A stretch of 64,000 nt of DNA from positions 52,615,366-52,679,365 of the forward strand of contig JARDVH010000084.1 in assembly GCA_030324005.1 (NCBI GenBank), in the 5' to 3' direction. The notes under the pieces were generated by a model. The model was not told the origin of the DNA and searched no databases. It saw nothing but the letters and a program-made list of their open reading frames with translations. The translations under genes were made by a program, and so were the position numbers. Of the stretch, positions 25,801 through 40,800 are shown in pieces; position 1 is the stretch's first letter; every line of letters begins with the position of its first letter. Source of the stretch: Negaprion brevirostris (Eukaryota).

Positions 25801-28800
25801 ACCACCATCCTCATCTTTATCTTTCTTTTTCTTGTCTCTTGGAGGAGGAACAAAGCGAGTCATCTGTATGCAATCTTCTAAGAAATATTCTGAAATAATC
25901 AGCAAAGGTATTTAAAGCATGAAAATCATCAAGGCAGTTAGTAACATGAATATGAAATCTAAAAAGGCAGGACACTTTTTAACAATGGTGAAAATCTACA
26001 GCAATTGCCATTGGTTTACGCTGCCTGACGTAAAATTCAGAAATTTCTTGAAAATTTTTCAAAGTTCTGGGGATCATATTCCATTGGGGGAGCACTTTGG
26101 AAGGTAGGTCAGCTAAGGAACAGTGGAGGATCTTTAAGGAGATCTTTCTTGGTGCTCAGCAGAAATTTCCGATGGTTAAAAAGGATCGTAGGGGGAGAGA
26201 TAATCAGTCGTGGATAACGAAGGAGGTAAAGGAAAGTGTTAAATTAAAAGCGGATGCGTTTAGAGTAGCTNNNNNNNNNNNNNNNNNNNNNNNNNNNNNN
26301 NNNNNNNNNNNNNNNNNNNNNNNNNNNNNNNNNNNNNNNNNNNNNNNNNNNNNNNNNNNNNNNNNNNNNNAGATGCGGGTTGATGGGTTTTTGATAAGCG
26401 AGGGGATTAAGGGTTATGGGGAGAGGGCGGGAATGTGGAACTGAGCCCCGACAGATCAGCCATGATCTTATTGAATGGCGGGGCAGGCTCGAAGGGCTAG
26501 ACGGCCTACTCCTGCTCCTATTCCTTATGTTCTTATGATTTCATCAAATATTTATATTATTTTCTATAGCTCTTGCATACAGCATTAAAACAAATACGAC
26601 AATAAAATTTGAAAACAATTTGGTAGTCATTTTTTTTAAAAAAGCAGCTATTTCATAAAACACTTTCAGCACTGAAGCACCCCTGTTGCTACACTAAACC
26701 TCTATTTCTCTAGAATGTCTAGTTTTTACAGTATATCAAAGTGTGATTTTTAATAACTTATTTTGATTAGGCTTGTATGTCGAAGCATCAAAATGACTAT
26801 GACAGTAATAGATCAATTATTCTTGCTGACTACCCATCTTAAAAGACAGTCCAACCGTACGAGGATTGATATGTCTTTAGTGTATAGATAACCTCAAATT
26901 AGCTTGGTGAATGATGCTGCCTAAAACCTATTCCAATAAAATTCTTCAGTGATTAAATTTACACAAACAACTAATCAAAAAGTGATATAAGTATGTATAA
27001 CTTAAATTATACATAACCTCAAGTTACAAAATAAGTAACTATACATTAAGTATAATCCTTAATTTGCAGCTCATGTGCAATGCATTACACCAGTTTTTGC
27101 GTACCTTGAACAGGAAATGTTCTTCCAAATACTTCAATTATTGGACAGTTAAAGTAATACTCTCTGAACATGGTGGTGTCAATAGTGGCAGACATGAGAA
27201 TGACACGGATATCAGGATAAGTTTGAACAACATCCCGCAAAACCACAAGGAGAAAATCCGTCTGAAAGAGATTTAAGAAGTTTGGGATCCATGAAAGCAG
27301 TTCACTACATAGGAGTTCACATTTGGGAAAAAAAGCGATGGCTACCTTACGGCATATAAGTCCACCTTGGCAGCCTCTAAATATCTTTCCAAATAATACG
27401 CAAGTATAAAAATGTCAGCTACTGGTGTGGGTGGTCATCATTTTGAAATGTGAAGAGAAATACCAGCAGTAATTCATAACAAATTAATGTGGCATTGTTT
27501 ATTGAATTAATTACTTTTACAAAGATATCTCAGTCAAAGAAAAGGATTGCTCCAGAGAGACAACAGGGACTTAGTGGACCAAATTGCCTCCTTCTGTGCT
27601 AAAAGGACAATGACTTTTTGTCCCCCTTTTTTCAATCTAACACATCTAAGTAAATTTGCAGCTTTTTCACTTTGTCAAAGGTGCCTTGTGTTAAATAACC
27701 AAACATCTACACTAACAGTGGTCAATGAAAAGTGGTGAATAACTGAATGTCTGCAAATTCTGATCATTCACATAACATGCATCTTAAAGCTAACAGGCTT
27801 GATTGCATTCCATCTTACTCTCATCCCACCTAATACTACACAATTTCTGACATAGTGCTATCAGTCTCTGAAAATCTTTTGTGCAGCTCGCTTTTTCTTG
27901 CTAATGTTTCACTTTGGTTTCAATCGCTCTAGTTTAAACCCTCCCCAGTAGCACCAGCAAACATATTCTACAGCAATATTCTCAGTCAAATGAAGAAAAT
28001 TAGACCAGGAAGGCTGATGAGGGCAGGGTGTGGATGCAGTCTATGTAGACTTCAGTAAGGCCTTTGATAAAGATCCACAAAAGCTGCTTTGGAAGGTTAG
28101 ATCATATAGAATCCAGGGAGAACTGTCAAACTTGATACACGACTGGCTTGATGGTAGAAAGCAGAGCGTAATNNNNNNNNNNNNNNNNNNNNNNNNNNNN
28201 NNNNNNNNNNNNNNNNNNNNNNNNNNNNNNNNNNNNNNNNNNNNNNNNNNNNNNNNNNNNNNNNNNNNNNNNNNNNNNNNNNNNNNNNNNNNNNNNNNNN
28301 NNNNNNNNNNNNNNNNNNNNNNNNNNNNNNNNNNNNNNNNNNNNNNNNNNNNNNNNNNNNNNNNNNNNNNNNNNNNNNNNNNNNNNNNNNNNNNNNNNNN
28401 NNNNNNNNNNNNNNNNNNNNNNNNNNNNNNNNNNNNNNNNNNNNNNNNNNNNNNNNNNNNNNNNNNNNNNNNNNNNNNNNNNNNNNNNNNNNNNNNNNNN
28501 NNNNNNNNNNNNNNNNNNNNNNNNNNNNNNNNNNNNNNNNNNNNNNNNNNNNNNNNNNNNNNNNNNNNNNNNNNNNNNNNNNNNNNNNNNNNNNNNNNNN
28601 NNNNNNNNNNNNNNNNNNNNNCATCTTGCTATAGGAAAAATATTATTAAACTGGAGAGTGCAGAAGAGGTTTACAAGGATATTGTTGGGACTGAACTACG
28701 GGGAGATTAGACAGGCTAGGACTTTTTTCTTTGGAGCATAGGAGACTGAGGAGTGATCTTATAAAGGTGTATAAGATCATGAGTGGCGTGGTTAGGGTGA

Positions 28801-31800
28801 ATGCACTCAATCTTTTCCTAGGGTTGGGGAATTGAGAACTAAAGGGCATAGGTTTAAATTAAGAGGGGAAAGAATTAATGGGAACCTGAGAACGTTTGTG
28901 GAATGAGCTGCCACAGGAGTGGTTGAGGCAGGGACATGGACAGCATTTAAAATGCATTTGCATTCATGGATAGGAAAGGTTTACAGGGATATTGGCCAAA
29001 TGCAGGCAAGTGGGGTTAGTTTAGATGGACATTTTGGTTGGCATGGATCACTTTGGGCCAAAGGGCCTGTCTCCATGCCATTGATTCTATGAGTCTAAGA
29101 ATAATGCTGACATGAATTGAAGTTTTGTCCTGGAGATGGGGATAATTTATCCCAAACAATATAGGACAGGTATTAGCATACAACACAATAAAGCAGTGTC
29201 TCATGTGTGGCTTTGCTCAGCTAAGATTCTGGCTGATAATCTGGAAAAAATGGTTGAAACACCGCTGCACCGCTAACTTCTGGGACTTGCTGTAGATTTT
29301 ACACAGAATGAGACCTTGACAAAGGGATTGCCATTAAATACGTGCAGGAACTTGCAAAAATCTGGGCCGTCTGAATTGGAATCTGTAGCCAACACAGAAT
29401 GCTGTTTTTGCCAATTCTGTAGAACGATGCAAAAACAAATGGACTTGATGTCTGCAGAGGCATACTTTCCTGACTGGGGATGGTGTCTACAGCATATAGA
29501 ATGCAAGACAACTGACAGGAAAAGAAATCCTCATCTCCATCAAAAAAATTGAAATGACAGAAAAGAACATTAAAGTGGAGGACAGATACATTAGATGTCC
29601 AATTGGAAGCAAAAAATGTGCAAATACTCACATTAATGTCCCTCTCATGGATTTCATCCACTATTACATGGCTTATACCACGAAGGCCAGCTTCTAATTT
29701 CCTTAGCAGTACACCTAAGTTAACAACAATCATCAATTTCATTAAGTACAAAGAAATCTATTTGACATCTACGTCAAGCTTTCAGGTAGATTGCATCAGG
29801 TCACTCCTGGTCTACTAAAAGATGAGATATCATTTTTGCAACCTACACAGGCTCTGCTGAGAATTTATGTAACATATATACAGGCAGCTTTCTCTGTACT
29901 CACACTAGCCTTCTATTAATTTTCAAAATCCTACCACAGAATCAGAGAATGGTGAGAGCATACAACCTGTTGTGTCTGGAAGAGCAATTCACCCAATCCC
30001 ACTCTCCCTATAATCCTGATTTTTTTTCCTCTTCAAATATTGATCCACTTATGTTTTGAAAGCCATCATTGAATTTGCCTCCACTACACACTCAGGAAAA
30101 TGCATTTGAGATCTAACCACTTGCNNNNNNNNNNNNNNNNNNNNNNNNNNGTTCCAGGCAATAAAACATTCCACTTTCAAAAGCAAAATATCCTGAATTG
30201 GATTCTGAGCAAGTCAAATGGGAAATAAAAACAGAAAATACTGGACTAACTCAGTAGGTCAGGCAGCATCCATGGAGAGAGAAACAGTTAACATTTTGAG
30301 TCCATCTGACCCTTCTATAGAGCTGAAAAGTGATTTTAAAAAATGATTAATTATGTTCGGGGGGAGGGGGTGGGTCAGAATGGAAAGTCAATGATAGACT
30401 GGAACTAAAGATAGATTGTTAATGGTGTCATAGACATGAAACAAAGGGGCTGTTAATGGTGCCACTGGGGACTGAAAAGTGACAAAGGTAGGATAGCAGG
30501 ATGTTTAATAGGAAAACAAAGGTCAGTTCAGTGCTTAGTGGGGGCAAAGCAGAAAAACAAGGAATAGTGACCATGTGGGGGAGGGGTGAGTAGCATTGGA
30601 ACAAGCCAGAGAAACTGAGGCAGGGGAGGGGGTGTGTGTTGAATTCAAACATTTAGTTCAGTGGGCTGTAACATGCCCAACTGGAATATAAGGTGTTGCT
30701 CTCCCACTTTGCTTCACTGGAGCAGTGCACCAGGCTGAGGACTAACAGTGGGCACATGGGCAGTCACCTCATGTGGATTTCAACTGAAGTTCCATCCTTC
30801 ATGATTTGAATCCACCTAGGATTACAGATATCTCCATGACATACAATGCTCCTCAGACTGCTATTCTCGCTGCATTTGGAGATCTACACAGTACCACATG
30901 CCACCAGCAGCACCCAAAGTCATAATTATCACTAATTTCATTTCATTCTTCACATCACCCAACAGTAACAAAAAGCTCGTTTTCTTTCAGGTGTTAAAGA
31001 ATGCAAGCTCTAGCGACTTACTGATCCCAGTGTCGATCCAACACCTCCATACTTTTCTCGTCCTTCTGACCCTATCCTTCTTCCAATCTCAGTCCTTGCT
31101 ATGTATTCATTATGACCTCTGACCTTCTCCTCTCTGATGCCAAACGTTCAGTACTCAGCAAAGGACTCCACTTTATCTCGTTACACCCTTACCTGATGAA
31201 CTGCAGGTTGGCACTACGCTGAACTCTTCTTGTTGCCTTCATTTCCATGCTCACTTCTTTGGGCGGGAGAACGTACCTGATTCAATGGACTTTTTCACCA
31301 GCCTCCAGTCTTCTCCCTCTAACCTCCGACCAGTCTTCGATCTTTTCATTGAGAACTGGTGGAGCAGCCTTGACTGGCTCAATTTTTCGTACCCACAACA
31401 ATGTGACTCCTTCTGAACTTGCTACACTCCATTTTCTCAAGTCCAATCCTGACTGGGTTATCAAACTTGCTGACAAGGGTACTGGTGTTGTTTGTATTGT
31501 CTGGCAGACTGACCTTTACCATGCAGAGGCTGAGCCAACTTTGACATTTCCTCCTACCTCCCATTGGACCATGGCCCCACCACTGAACACGAAGCCATTG
31601 TTTCCAGGACTGTCACCTCTGGAAATCTTCCCTCCACAGCTGCCAACCTCTTGGTCCTCCAACCCTACACAGTTCACTCCTTCTTGGATCTCGAAGGCCA
31701 CAACAAAGGCTGCCCAGGAAGGCCCATCATATCAACCTGTTTCTGGTCACCTCTTTTTTTCCCTATCTTGACTCAATTTTCATTGTCCCTTGTCCAGTCT

Positions 31801-34800
31801 CTTCTGCATTTGTGAATCCTCTGATGCCATACGTCACATCAACAATTTCCACTTCTTGCCCCAATCACTGCCACTTCACAATGGACTTCCAATTCTTCTA
31901 CATTTCCACCCCATTTCAGGAGGTTCCACGGGCTTTCCACTTCTTCCTCAAGCAGTGATCTGAACAATCCCCATCCATCATTACTCTCCTCTGCCTAGGC
32001 GAGCTCATTCTCTCACTTAAAAATTAATCCTTTAACTTATTTCACTTCCTGCAAATACAAAGTGTGGCAATGGGTACTCGCATGGGCATCGTCTTTTGCC
32101 TGGATTTCATGGAGGATATGAAACATCCCTTGCTCCAGTCTTACTCCGGTCCTTTCCCACAACTCCTTCTCCACTACATCGATGACTATAATCGGTGTCA
32201 CTTCACGCTTTCATCTAGACCTGGAAAAAACAATTGAATTTGCTTCCAATTTTCCACCCCTCTCAAGCCTTCACATGGTCTATCTTCGTCATTCTCCTTT
32301 CTTGACCCCTCTCTGTCTCTACTTCTGGTGATAGACTGACCATCAATATTCAATACAAAACTATTGACTCCCACAACTACCTCAACAACAGCTCCTCACA
32401 CCCCATTCCTTGTAAGGACTACATCCCAATCTTCCAGTTTCTTTTCCTCCACTGCATCTGTTCTGATGATGCCACCTTCGAAAACAGTACTTCAGTCTTG
32501 TTTTCCTTTTTCCTCAATAGAGGTTTCCTCCCCACCAATGAGTTGAACACAACTGTGTTCAACTCATCTCCCACACCTCTGCCCTCACTGCTTCCCCTAC
32601 CCACCTCCAGAACCGTGACAGAGTCCCTTCTGCTCTCACTTTCAACTCCACCACCGTTGTACTCAAAGGATCATCCTCTGCCATTTCCTGCATGACGTCA
32701 TCAATAAACACATCTTCCCCCATTAGCAGCATTCCACCAGCACCACTCCCTCCTTGACACATGTCCACTCCTCCACTGCACCCAACCCTTCATCCCTTTC
32801 CCATGCCATTGCAGAAACTGCATCATTTGCCCCTTTACCTCCTCCCTTCTCACTGTTCTAGAGCTTAAACACTCCTTTCAGGTTAAAACTGAATTTCACT
32901 TGCATCTCCTTCAACTGGGTCTGCAGTATTCACTGCTCGCTATGCAGTCTTCTCTACGTTGCGGAGACTACATGGAGACTGGTGACTACTTTGCAAAACA
33001 TCTTCACTTTGTCCACAAGCATGACCTCAACCTTCCGGTCACTTACAATTTCAACTTAGCACTTTGTCCTCATGCCTAAGTCTGTCCTTTCTGTAATGCT
33101 CTAGTGAAGCCCAATGTAAACCAGAAAACGACCTCACCCGCCAGTTAGGCATGTTACAGTCCTCTGGATTCAACAAGTAGTTCAATAATTTTGACCCTCC
33201 ATCATGACTCCCCCAGACCTGTTTTCTGTCTGAGTTTCCCTGGCTTGTCTCGGCACTACCCACCCCTTAAACTCTATGAAAATTAATTTTATATGTAGCC
33301 TGCAGACTCTCTGATACAAAGTAACCCACAAAGGGAAAAGGGCTGGACATTATTGGTTGGGTAGTTAAGTGAGACGGAGTATCTTGGGCTACAAGAAGAA
33401 ATAGACAAAATGGTCAAAGGAGCAAATAAGTGGCAGATGGAATCTAACCCTGAAAAGTGTGAGGCAACACACCTTCGAAGAATTTGACATGAATGGCAGG
33501 ACACGAGGAAGCTCTGTGGAACAAAGGGACCTTGGCATATTTGTCCACAGGTTTTTGAAGGAAGAGTATGTTAGTAGATTGCTGAAAAAAAGCATATGGG
33601 ACACCTATCTTTATCAATCAAGGCACAGATTACAAAAGCAGAGAAATCAAGTTGGAATTGGTGAGGCCACAGCTAGAGTATGTGTGCAGTTCTACTTGCC
33701 ACATTACTGAAAGGATGTGATGGCTGTGGAGGGGATGCAGAGGAGATTCACCAGGATGCTGTTTGGGATGGAACATTTAGGTTAAGAGAGTTTCGATAGG
33801 CTTGGGTTGTTTTCATTAGAACAGAGATGACTGAGGGGCGACCTGATTGAGGTTTTTCAAGATTATGAGAGACACGGACAGAGTGGATAAAAAGCAGCTA
33901 TTCCCCTTAGTTGAAGAGTCAGTCACAAGGGGACAGAGATTGAAGGTCTAGAGGGAATGGGGGGGGGAATGTGAGGAAAAATTTTTCTACCCAGAAGGTG
34001 GTGACAGTCTGGCATGTGCTGCCTGGGAGGATTTTAGACACGAATTGCCTCACATCCTTTAAAAAGTATCTGGATGAGCACTTGGCACATCCTAACATTC
34101 AGGGCTCTGGGCAAAGTGCTGGCAGATGGGATGAGATGTGAATTCAGGTGTTTCTAATGCATCAGTGTGAACTCGACGGGCCAAAGGGTCTCTTCTGTGC
34201 TGAATGATTCTGTGACTGTTGCTCAGGAACCCCTTCAGTCAGATTAACATTTAATTTCAATAGGATCTTTTAAAAGTACAACTGCATTCTAATTTTCCCC
34301 AGATACCAACATCCTTTACTTAGATGAGAATGTCTCAACAGCTCTTTATTCAAAACCGAAACAAAATTTTGAAATTTCCTTGTTAGCTTTATATTTTCTG
34401 ACAAAACAATTTTATTACAAGACAGCTATCTTGCAATGCAATACTAACCTACAGTACAGAACATTATGCTGCCATGTGGTCTTGGCAATATGGATTCAAA
34501 ACGAACACTGTAGCCACAACTCTTGCCTAATTCTTCTCCACGTTCACAACCAACACGTTCTGCAACTGACACGGCACTAATGCGTCGAGGCTGGAAAATA
34601 ATACAAATGGCAATTAAATATAGGTTTGCAAACATAAGCAATATTTCCAGTAGCAGAAAGTTTCAATGCCCAAAACATCAACTTACATTCTTTCAACATA
34701 TGCTACGAACCAGCTTGCAGAATTTTAAAAATGCAATGTATTAATTATTTTGAAAACCCAAAACAATGTGACTGAATACATTAAAAATTCATTAACATGT

Positions 34801-37800
34801 CTGCATGTGCAGAAATACTCAGTAAATCTAAATTTGAAATGTAGACTGCAATAGTAATTTAGTCTTATTCTACAAGCAGTCAACCACGAACCACCTGCAC
34901 ACATTATGTTGATTTGAGTAACCTAAGATATCAAAATGGCAATCCTTTACAAGGGAGTTCTTTTGGGAGGTGGTGGTGGGTTTGGAGGAGTAATTTTTCT
35001 GGCATCAGAATGTTTTAATTATAAGAGTCTCCAAAACCACATCAATTTTTACGTGCCTAATGTAGAATGAACTCTATAGTTATCTGAACCCAGAGGACTT
35101 GGGTGAGGTTCTAATCAGGTCTGAAACTGCAGCTACTAAACAGACAGCACCACAATCTTCCTGTTATCTACCCAAGTAGAATCACCTACCTACTACACAA
35201 TTATCTGGAATCAAATGGACAGGTTCATCCCTTTGGAGATGGTCTGTAAAGCGAACAAGTATATTTCTCATAGATACATTTCTTAATATTTCTCACGCAC
35301 CTGTGTGACTACAATGTTACACTCAGAACCTCTGCCACTTCTAATGTAGTCATCCAGGATATACTGAGGGACTTGAGTAGTTTTACCACACCCAGTTTGG
35401 CCTCGAATAATGATTACTGGACTACAGCTGACTGATTTAAGGATTTCATTTTCAAAATTTTTGACTGGTAACTGGCTTCTTTCATTCAGTATCTGTAGTG
35501 AGACAAAACACAATTGTCAATACTCAACTTTTGATTTAAAAACACAAGCTTAAAAAAGGACATGCTATTGAACTTGTTTCACCCTCACAAGGGCACACTG
35601 GCCCAAAAGTCCGATACAATTTAGAACAAGAACCTACTGATGAAGCAACAACCAGCAGTTATAGAGCACCTTTAGTGTGGCAAAACATCACAAAGCATTT
35701 CACAGCAGCATTATTAAACAAAATGTGACACCAAGTTGCATCAGGAGATATTAGGACACGGAATCAATACCTTGGTCAAAAGGGTTGGCTTTAAGGAGCA
35801 CTTCAGAAAGAGAACATCAGATTTTGGAAGGGAAATCAAGATCTTAGGACCCATCCAACAGATGGCACGGCAAAGATTAAAATTGTGGATTTATATGAAT
35901 TGGAGGAACACATCAATTTCAGAGAATTGTAAAGTTGGAAGCAACAGAGGTGGGGAGGGAGTGAACAAGGCCATGGGGAGATCTGAATTTTAAAATTTAA
36001 TTCTCATGTTAAGTTCAGGTAAGCTGTAAAGAGTGAAATTAGTACTGGTTTAGAAACAAAATTGCTTCCCGTGCTCCACCTTTCTGATAACGATCATTTT
36101 TTTGTNNNNNNNNNNNNNNNNNNNNNNNNNNNNNNNNNNNNNNNNNNNNNNNNNNNNNNNNNNNNNNNNNNNNCAGAAATTTCTAACTGGAAAAGGGTGA
36201 CATTAAAAAAAACAAAAAAGGGCAACTTGAAGTGAAATTGTGAACATAAGTAGTGGGCACAGATGTGTGATTTTTAATATAAGTACTTATAAAGTACTTA
36301 GGAAGGGTTTCAAAGTCTTGGATTAAAAGAGAGATTCATTGAGATGATTCTGTCTCATTCAATAGGGTGCACTTCTGAAAATACTGTATTCCTCCTCAGT
36401 ATTGCACGGAATTGTCAGTCTAGATTGTGTGCTTAAACCCCGAATGAGCCTGAACTCAATTTTTAATTAAGAGATGAGTGTGCTGGGTACTATGCAAAAC
36501 TATCAAATGATTCAACACCAGGTCAGGTCTCAAAAATAACAGCTGATGTTATTATGCAAAAAAACTAAAAGTATACAGGAGAAAGCAAAAATAGTACATA
36601 CGTGTTGCAGGTTGCTATCATTCTGCATCTGGTAATGTAGCTCATTCTTTAAGTCCGCACTGATTTGTTCTGGTGTTGCCTACAGAAAATACAATTGAGT
36701 TACAATGGCACTTCTAACTAATGTGGCTGCCTAGGACAAAAATGTTGTTAAAGGTAAGTAAAAAAAACAAATCTTAAAAAGCACCTCTCTTTTCACCTTC
36801 AAAGTCGCTAGGGCTGTTGAAATTAATAAACTAATTGACAGCGTTACTGTGGTAATTGAGTACTATCCACTCTGAGTACTGTGTGTGCGCACGTGTGTGT
36901 GCATGCATGTGGGCAGAGCTTGTGGGGAGAGGAACATGGTCATGTTCAAAGCAGTGTTTTTAATGAGCTCCTTCTGTGTTAAATTGGAAAGCTGAAGTTA
37001 CACATGTGCTAGGAGTATTGTTGATTACACAACAGGGTTCCATAATAACAGATACTGCAAATTTTAGTGAAATCAGAATATGGTATGCCATTACATCAAT
37101 AAATTCAAGTTTCCAAATGCAAAGAGTAATTTATGACTAGGATCTTCTAATGAAACATTGAGACTGAATTTTAAAAGATTTGCTTGAAAACTTAATCTGC
37201 ATATTTAGTATAACAGAATAAGTTTTATCAACACCCTTATATGGAGAACAAAATGGTGCTCCCCTCTTAGGGTGGCATGAAATTCATAACAAGGGAGATT
37301 CCACCACTCCCATTTCATCTTTATTGGAAATATAATTTTTGAATGGAAAGTCTAAATCAAACAGTGATGCTGCTGCATGGTTTTCCTGCAAGGCACTGTC
37401 GTACTGGTCAGCCTGTCATCAAAGTTCCAAACCAGCCAGACAAACTTTACTGAGCTAGAGAATCTAATGGCCTTCCTCATTAGTTTATTCCTTGTGTAAG
37501 AGAACTTTACTGCTTTTTGTGTAATGCAAAACAAAACCTGTTGTTTCTCTAGATTTACAAAAGAACTCCTCCACCCATCTCTCCAACCCACAGTACTTTC
37601 AATCCCAAAAATACAAGGAAATTTTCTCTCTCAGATGAGTTATTAGTTTCTGAGCACTTCCCTGCAAAGTGCCCATTTTAAAGCCACAGGAATCTTACTA
37701 TCCTTATCCCTACCAATGCTTTCTGATGGACAGGTTTATGAAAGATATTAGATTGTTTATATATGGCCAACAAAAACCACTATTGCTGTGATAGCTCAAA

Positions 37801-40800
37801 GCCTGCCATTTGACACATATGATTTGTTACAAAGAACTTGTTAGTGACTTCCAATGTTTCCCATTCCTTGATCCAAAGGAGCTCTGCTGGTGGATCTTGC
37901 TTGGGGTGGGTGCTCCATAAGGGGCACTAAAGATGGACAGTAGGTGGGTTGAACAGGTCATTATCAAATGGCAAGCAAAGTGCAGTACAGATTGTTTCAA
38001 CATGGGTTTTCGTCATCCTAACATGCTTGGGAGCAACTCTAGATAGTACCTTGTCTTTCAGAAACATTTGAAAAAAAACTGTAGCAATGTTCAAACCAGA
38101 AACAATCTGCTAACCAAATTTGCCAGGATCTAAGTGGGTTGTTACTGACACAACATTCTGGATGTCAGCATTTGCGCTTTCATACTCTCCAGCAGAGTAC
38201 TGGGCACCTGTCTGCTAAAGGTCATCTCTCACACATCTTGTGGAACTCAACTGAACTCAATGTGCATCAAAACTGAAAACCTCCATGCAATGCTCCTCCC
38301 CTGGCTTCCAGTCTTCTCAAAAGATCAGCCCCCACACATACACTGACGAAAACTCACATCAAAACAATGTGTCCTGCACCTTACTTGCCATTTGATGACC
38401 TGTTGAACCCATCTACTGCCCATCTTCCATCTCAATGCCCCATATGCCAAGCAAGATCCATCAGCAGAGTTCCTTTGGATCAAGGAATGGGAAACATTGG
38501 AAGTCACTANNNNNNNNNNCATGTTCTCTGTGACAAATTATATTTGTCAAATGGCAGGCTTTGAACTATTACAGCAATAATGGTCTTTGCTAAATAGGTT
38601 CGGGGCAGACCAGACCCCTGTGCAGTCAACCTTCACTACTGGGACATCAGTGCAAACCCCTTATGCACGCGTGGAGGGACAAAACAATGCTGCAAATTAC
38701 CACCGACAAAATGGTGGACCAATTATTTTAAACTCAGCAAATGAAGAAGCTATCGCTTCGACTCAGGGATTTGCTTTCACTAAATAATAAAAAGCCAGTC
38801 TGGAATCTGGCAAGTTAATTGACATGCATTGCTTAATAGATAATGGATAAGACACCACGTCACAGGTTCCATTTTGGCTGGTGAGATGAATGGATTTTTA
38901 AGCTTGGGCATGATCTAGTCCCAATCTTGTAAACTTTGTATATCCTCCTCACTTTTAAGTGAAAAGGGGACCTAGAAGTCCAGTTGTGGGATGCGTAAGT
39001 AGGGATAGGAAGGGACCAGAGAAGGAGAGAAGATAGGATAGGTAAGCTGCAATCGTGTATGCAGTCTGCTCACACAGCTGTGCAAGTTCAGCGACTTTTA
39101 AAATGCCAAGTTACTCAGGGACAAAAACAGCACTGCTCAGGAGTTATAACTTGTACAGCAAAAAAAAGAACATGGCTCCTCACATCCATATAATCAGATC
39201 ACAAACCATTTTTGGAAATTATATCAATTGTGCTTGTCTATTCAGTAGCTACATAATTGTGCACTTTACAACTCTCAAGTTTCCAGTAACAGTCACTCCA
39301 TTTTCTGGAATTACTTACATATGCAAGAGGCCCTTCATCAATATTGCTACTGGTCCAAGGATTCCAGTTGACTTGTGGAGGTGACCACGGTACAACCCCT
39401 GCAAAGTTCTGTCGAATTGATGGCTCAAAATGGGCAAGCTTGCCAACTGTAAGTGAAACTGGATTATCTGGGTCTTCGGGCTATAGAGTCAAATGATTGC
39501 AGATCAACGTTAATGGTATGTATACATAACAGCTTTGAATGCATCAGTGTGCAAAAGTTGTACACTTACATAGGATTCTCAACACTATTTTGTTCACCAT
39601 AATCACAGGAAGTACTTGCATTGAGCAATTCTAAATTTTAGTTTTTATTTTCCTCCTTCTCCTTAAAAAAAGGAAAACAGCGAACCAAATGAAGGTGGTG
39701 ATCAATCTGTGGCGAACCACCATTCTGACTATGTATTCTAGCATTCCCCTGTTCAAGTGCTTCCCCACAAGGCCAAAACTGAACACTGAAATAACAACTT
39801 GCATTGCTTTGTGCCTTTGATGTTGGAAAACATTACGCTACTAAAAAGTGTTTTGGAATTAGCCAAAATTGACAGAGGGTCAAAGGAAGGCAGAGACAGC
39901 AGAATTTGAGACTGGGATGAGCATAGTGGTTAAAAATGGGCAGCATGGGCAAGTTGGGCTGAGTGGCCTGTTTCCATGCTGTAAATAAACCTCTACGACT
40001 CTATTCCGGTTTAAATAGAGCTGATTCACTAAAAGGAAGTAGAGGCACCAAATTCATCGAGGCATAAGCATTATGAGTCTGAGATATTTTCTCTAAAATT
40101 TCAGTAATGATAAAACCTTAACTAACTCAAAGCACATTCCAAACTTTTTTTTAAATGTAACCAATAATTTATAAACAAAATTAACTTTACAGCCATCAAG
40201 CTAATAAAATGATGCATCTGCTGGGATACAAAGCCAGCGGAGAGAGGTTAATAGCTGGATAACAATTTAAAACAAATGATTTATCTTAAAAATGTACAGC
40301 AATAAGTTTATGAAAGGAAAACAGCCTATGCATTTTTATTGCAATGGTGCTCCAATATGTGATTGCTTTGAGCAGTATCAAAAACAGTAAATGAATTTCA
40401 TTTTACCATATCAAAGATAAACTAGGGACAACATTGATACAATACTTCAAATTAATAATAGTACAGTCAAGACCACTTTGTTCCTCTAAGTATTTCCAAT
40501 AAATTGATTTAGTTATTAAAAATACTTACTGGTGGTACAAGCTGCAATCCCAATTCATTTACAACAGATTCAAGCTGACGTTCCAAGTCACTGGCAATAT
40601 TCAGTTCATATGGTTCCACCTAAAAGAATAAATGACACCAATGTAGAAGCCTTCTTACAAGTTAAGCATATGTTTTAACTTACAAAGAATGCAACTCAGA
40701 GAAACAAGTTACAGAAAACTATTCAAAACAGAAATAGTTTCCTATAGTGTATTTCACAATTGCTAAGATTTTGGACGGATCTAAAACCCAAATTATCACT

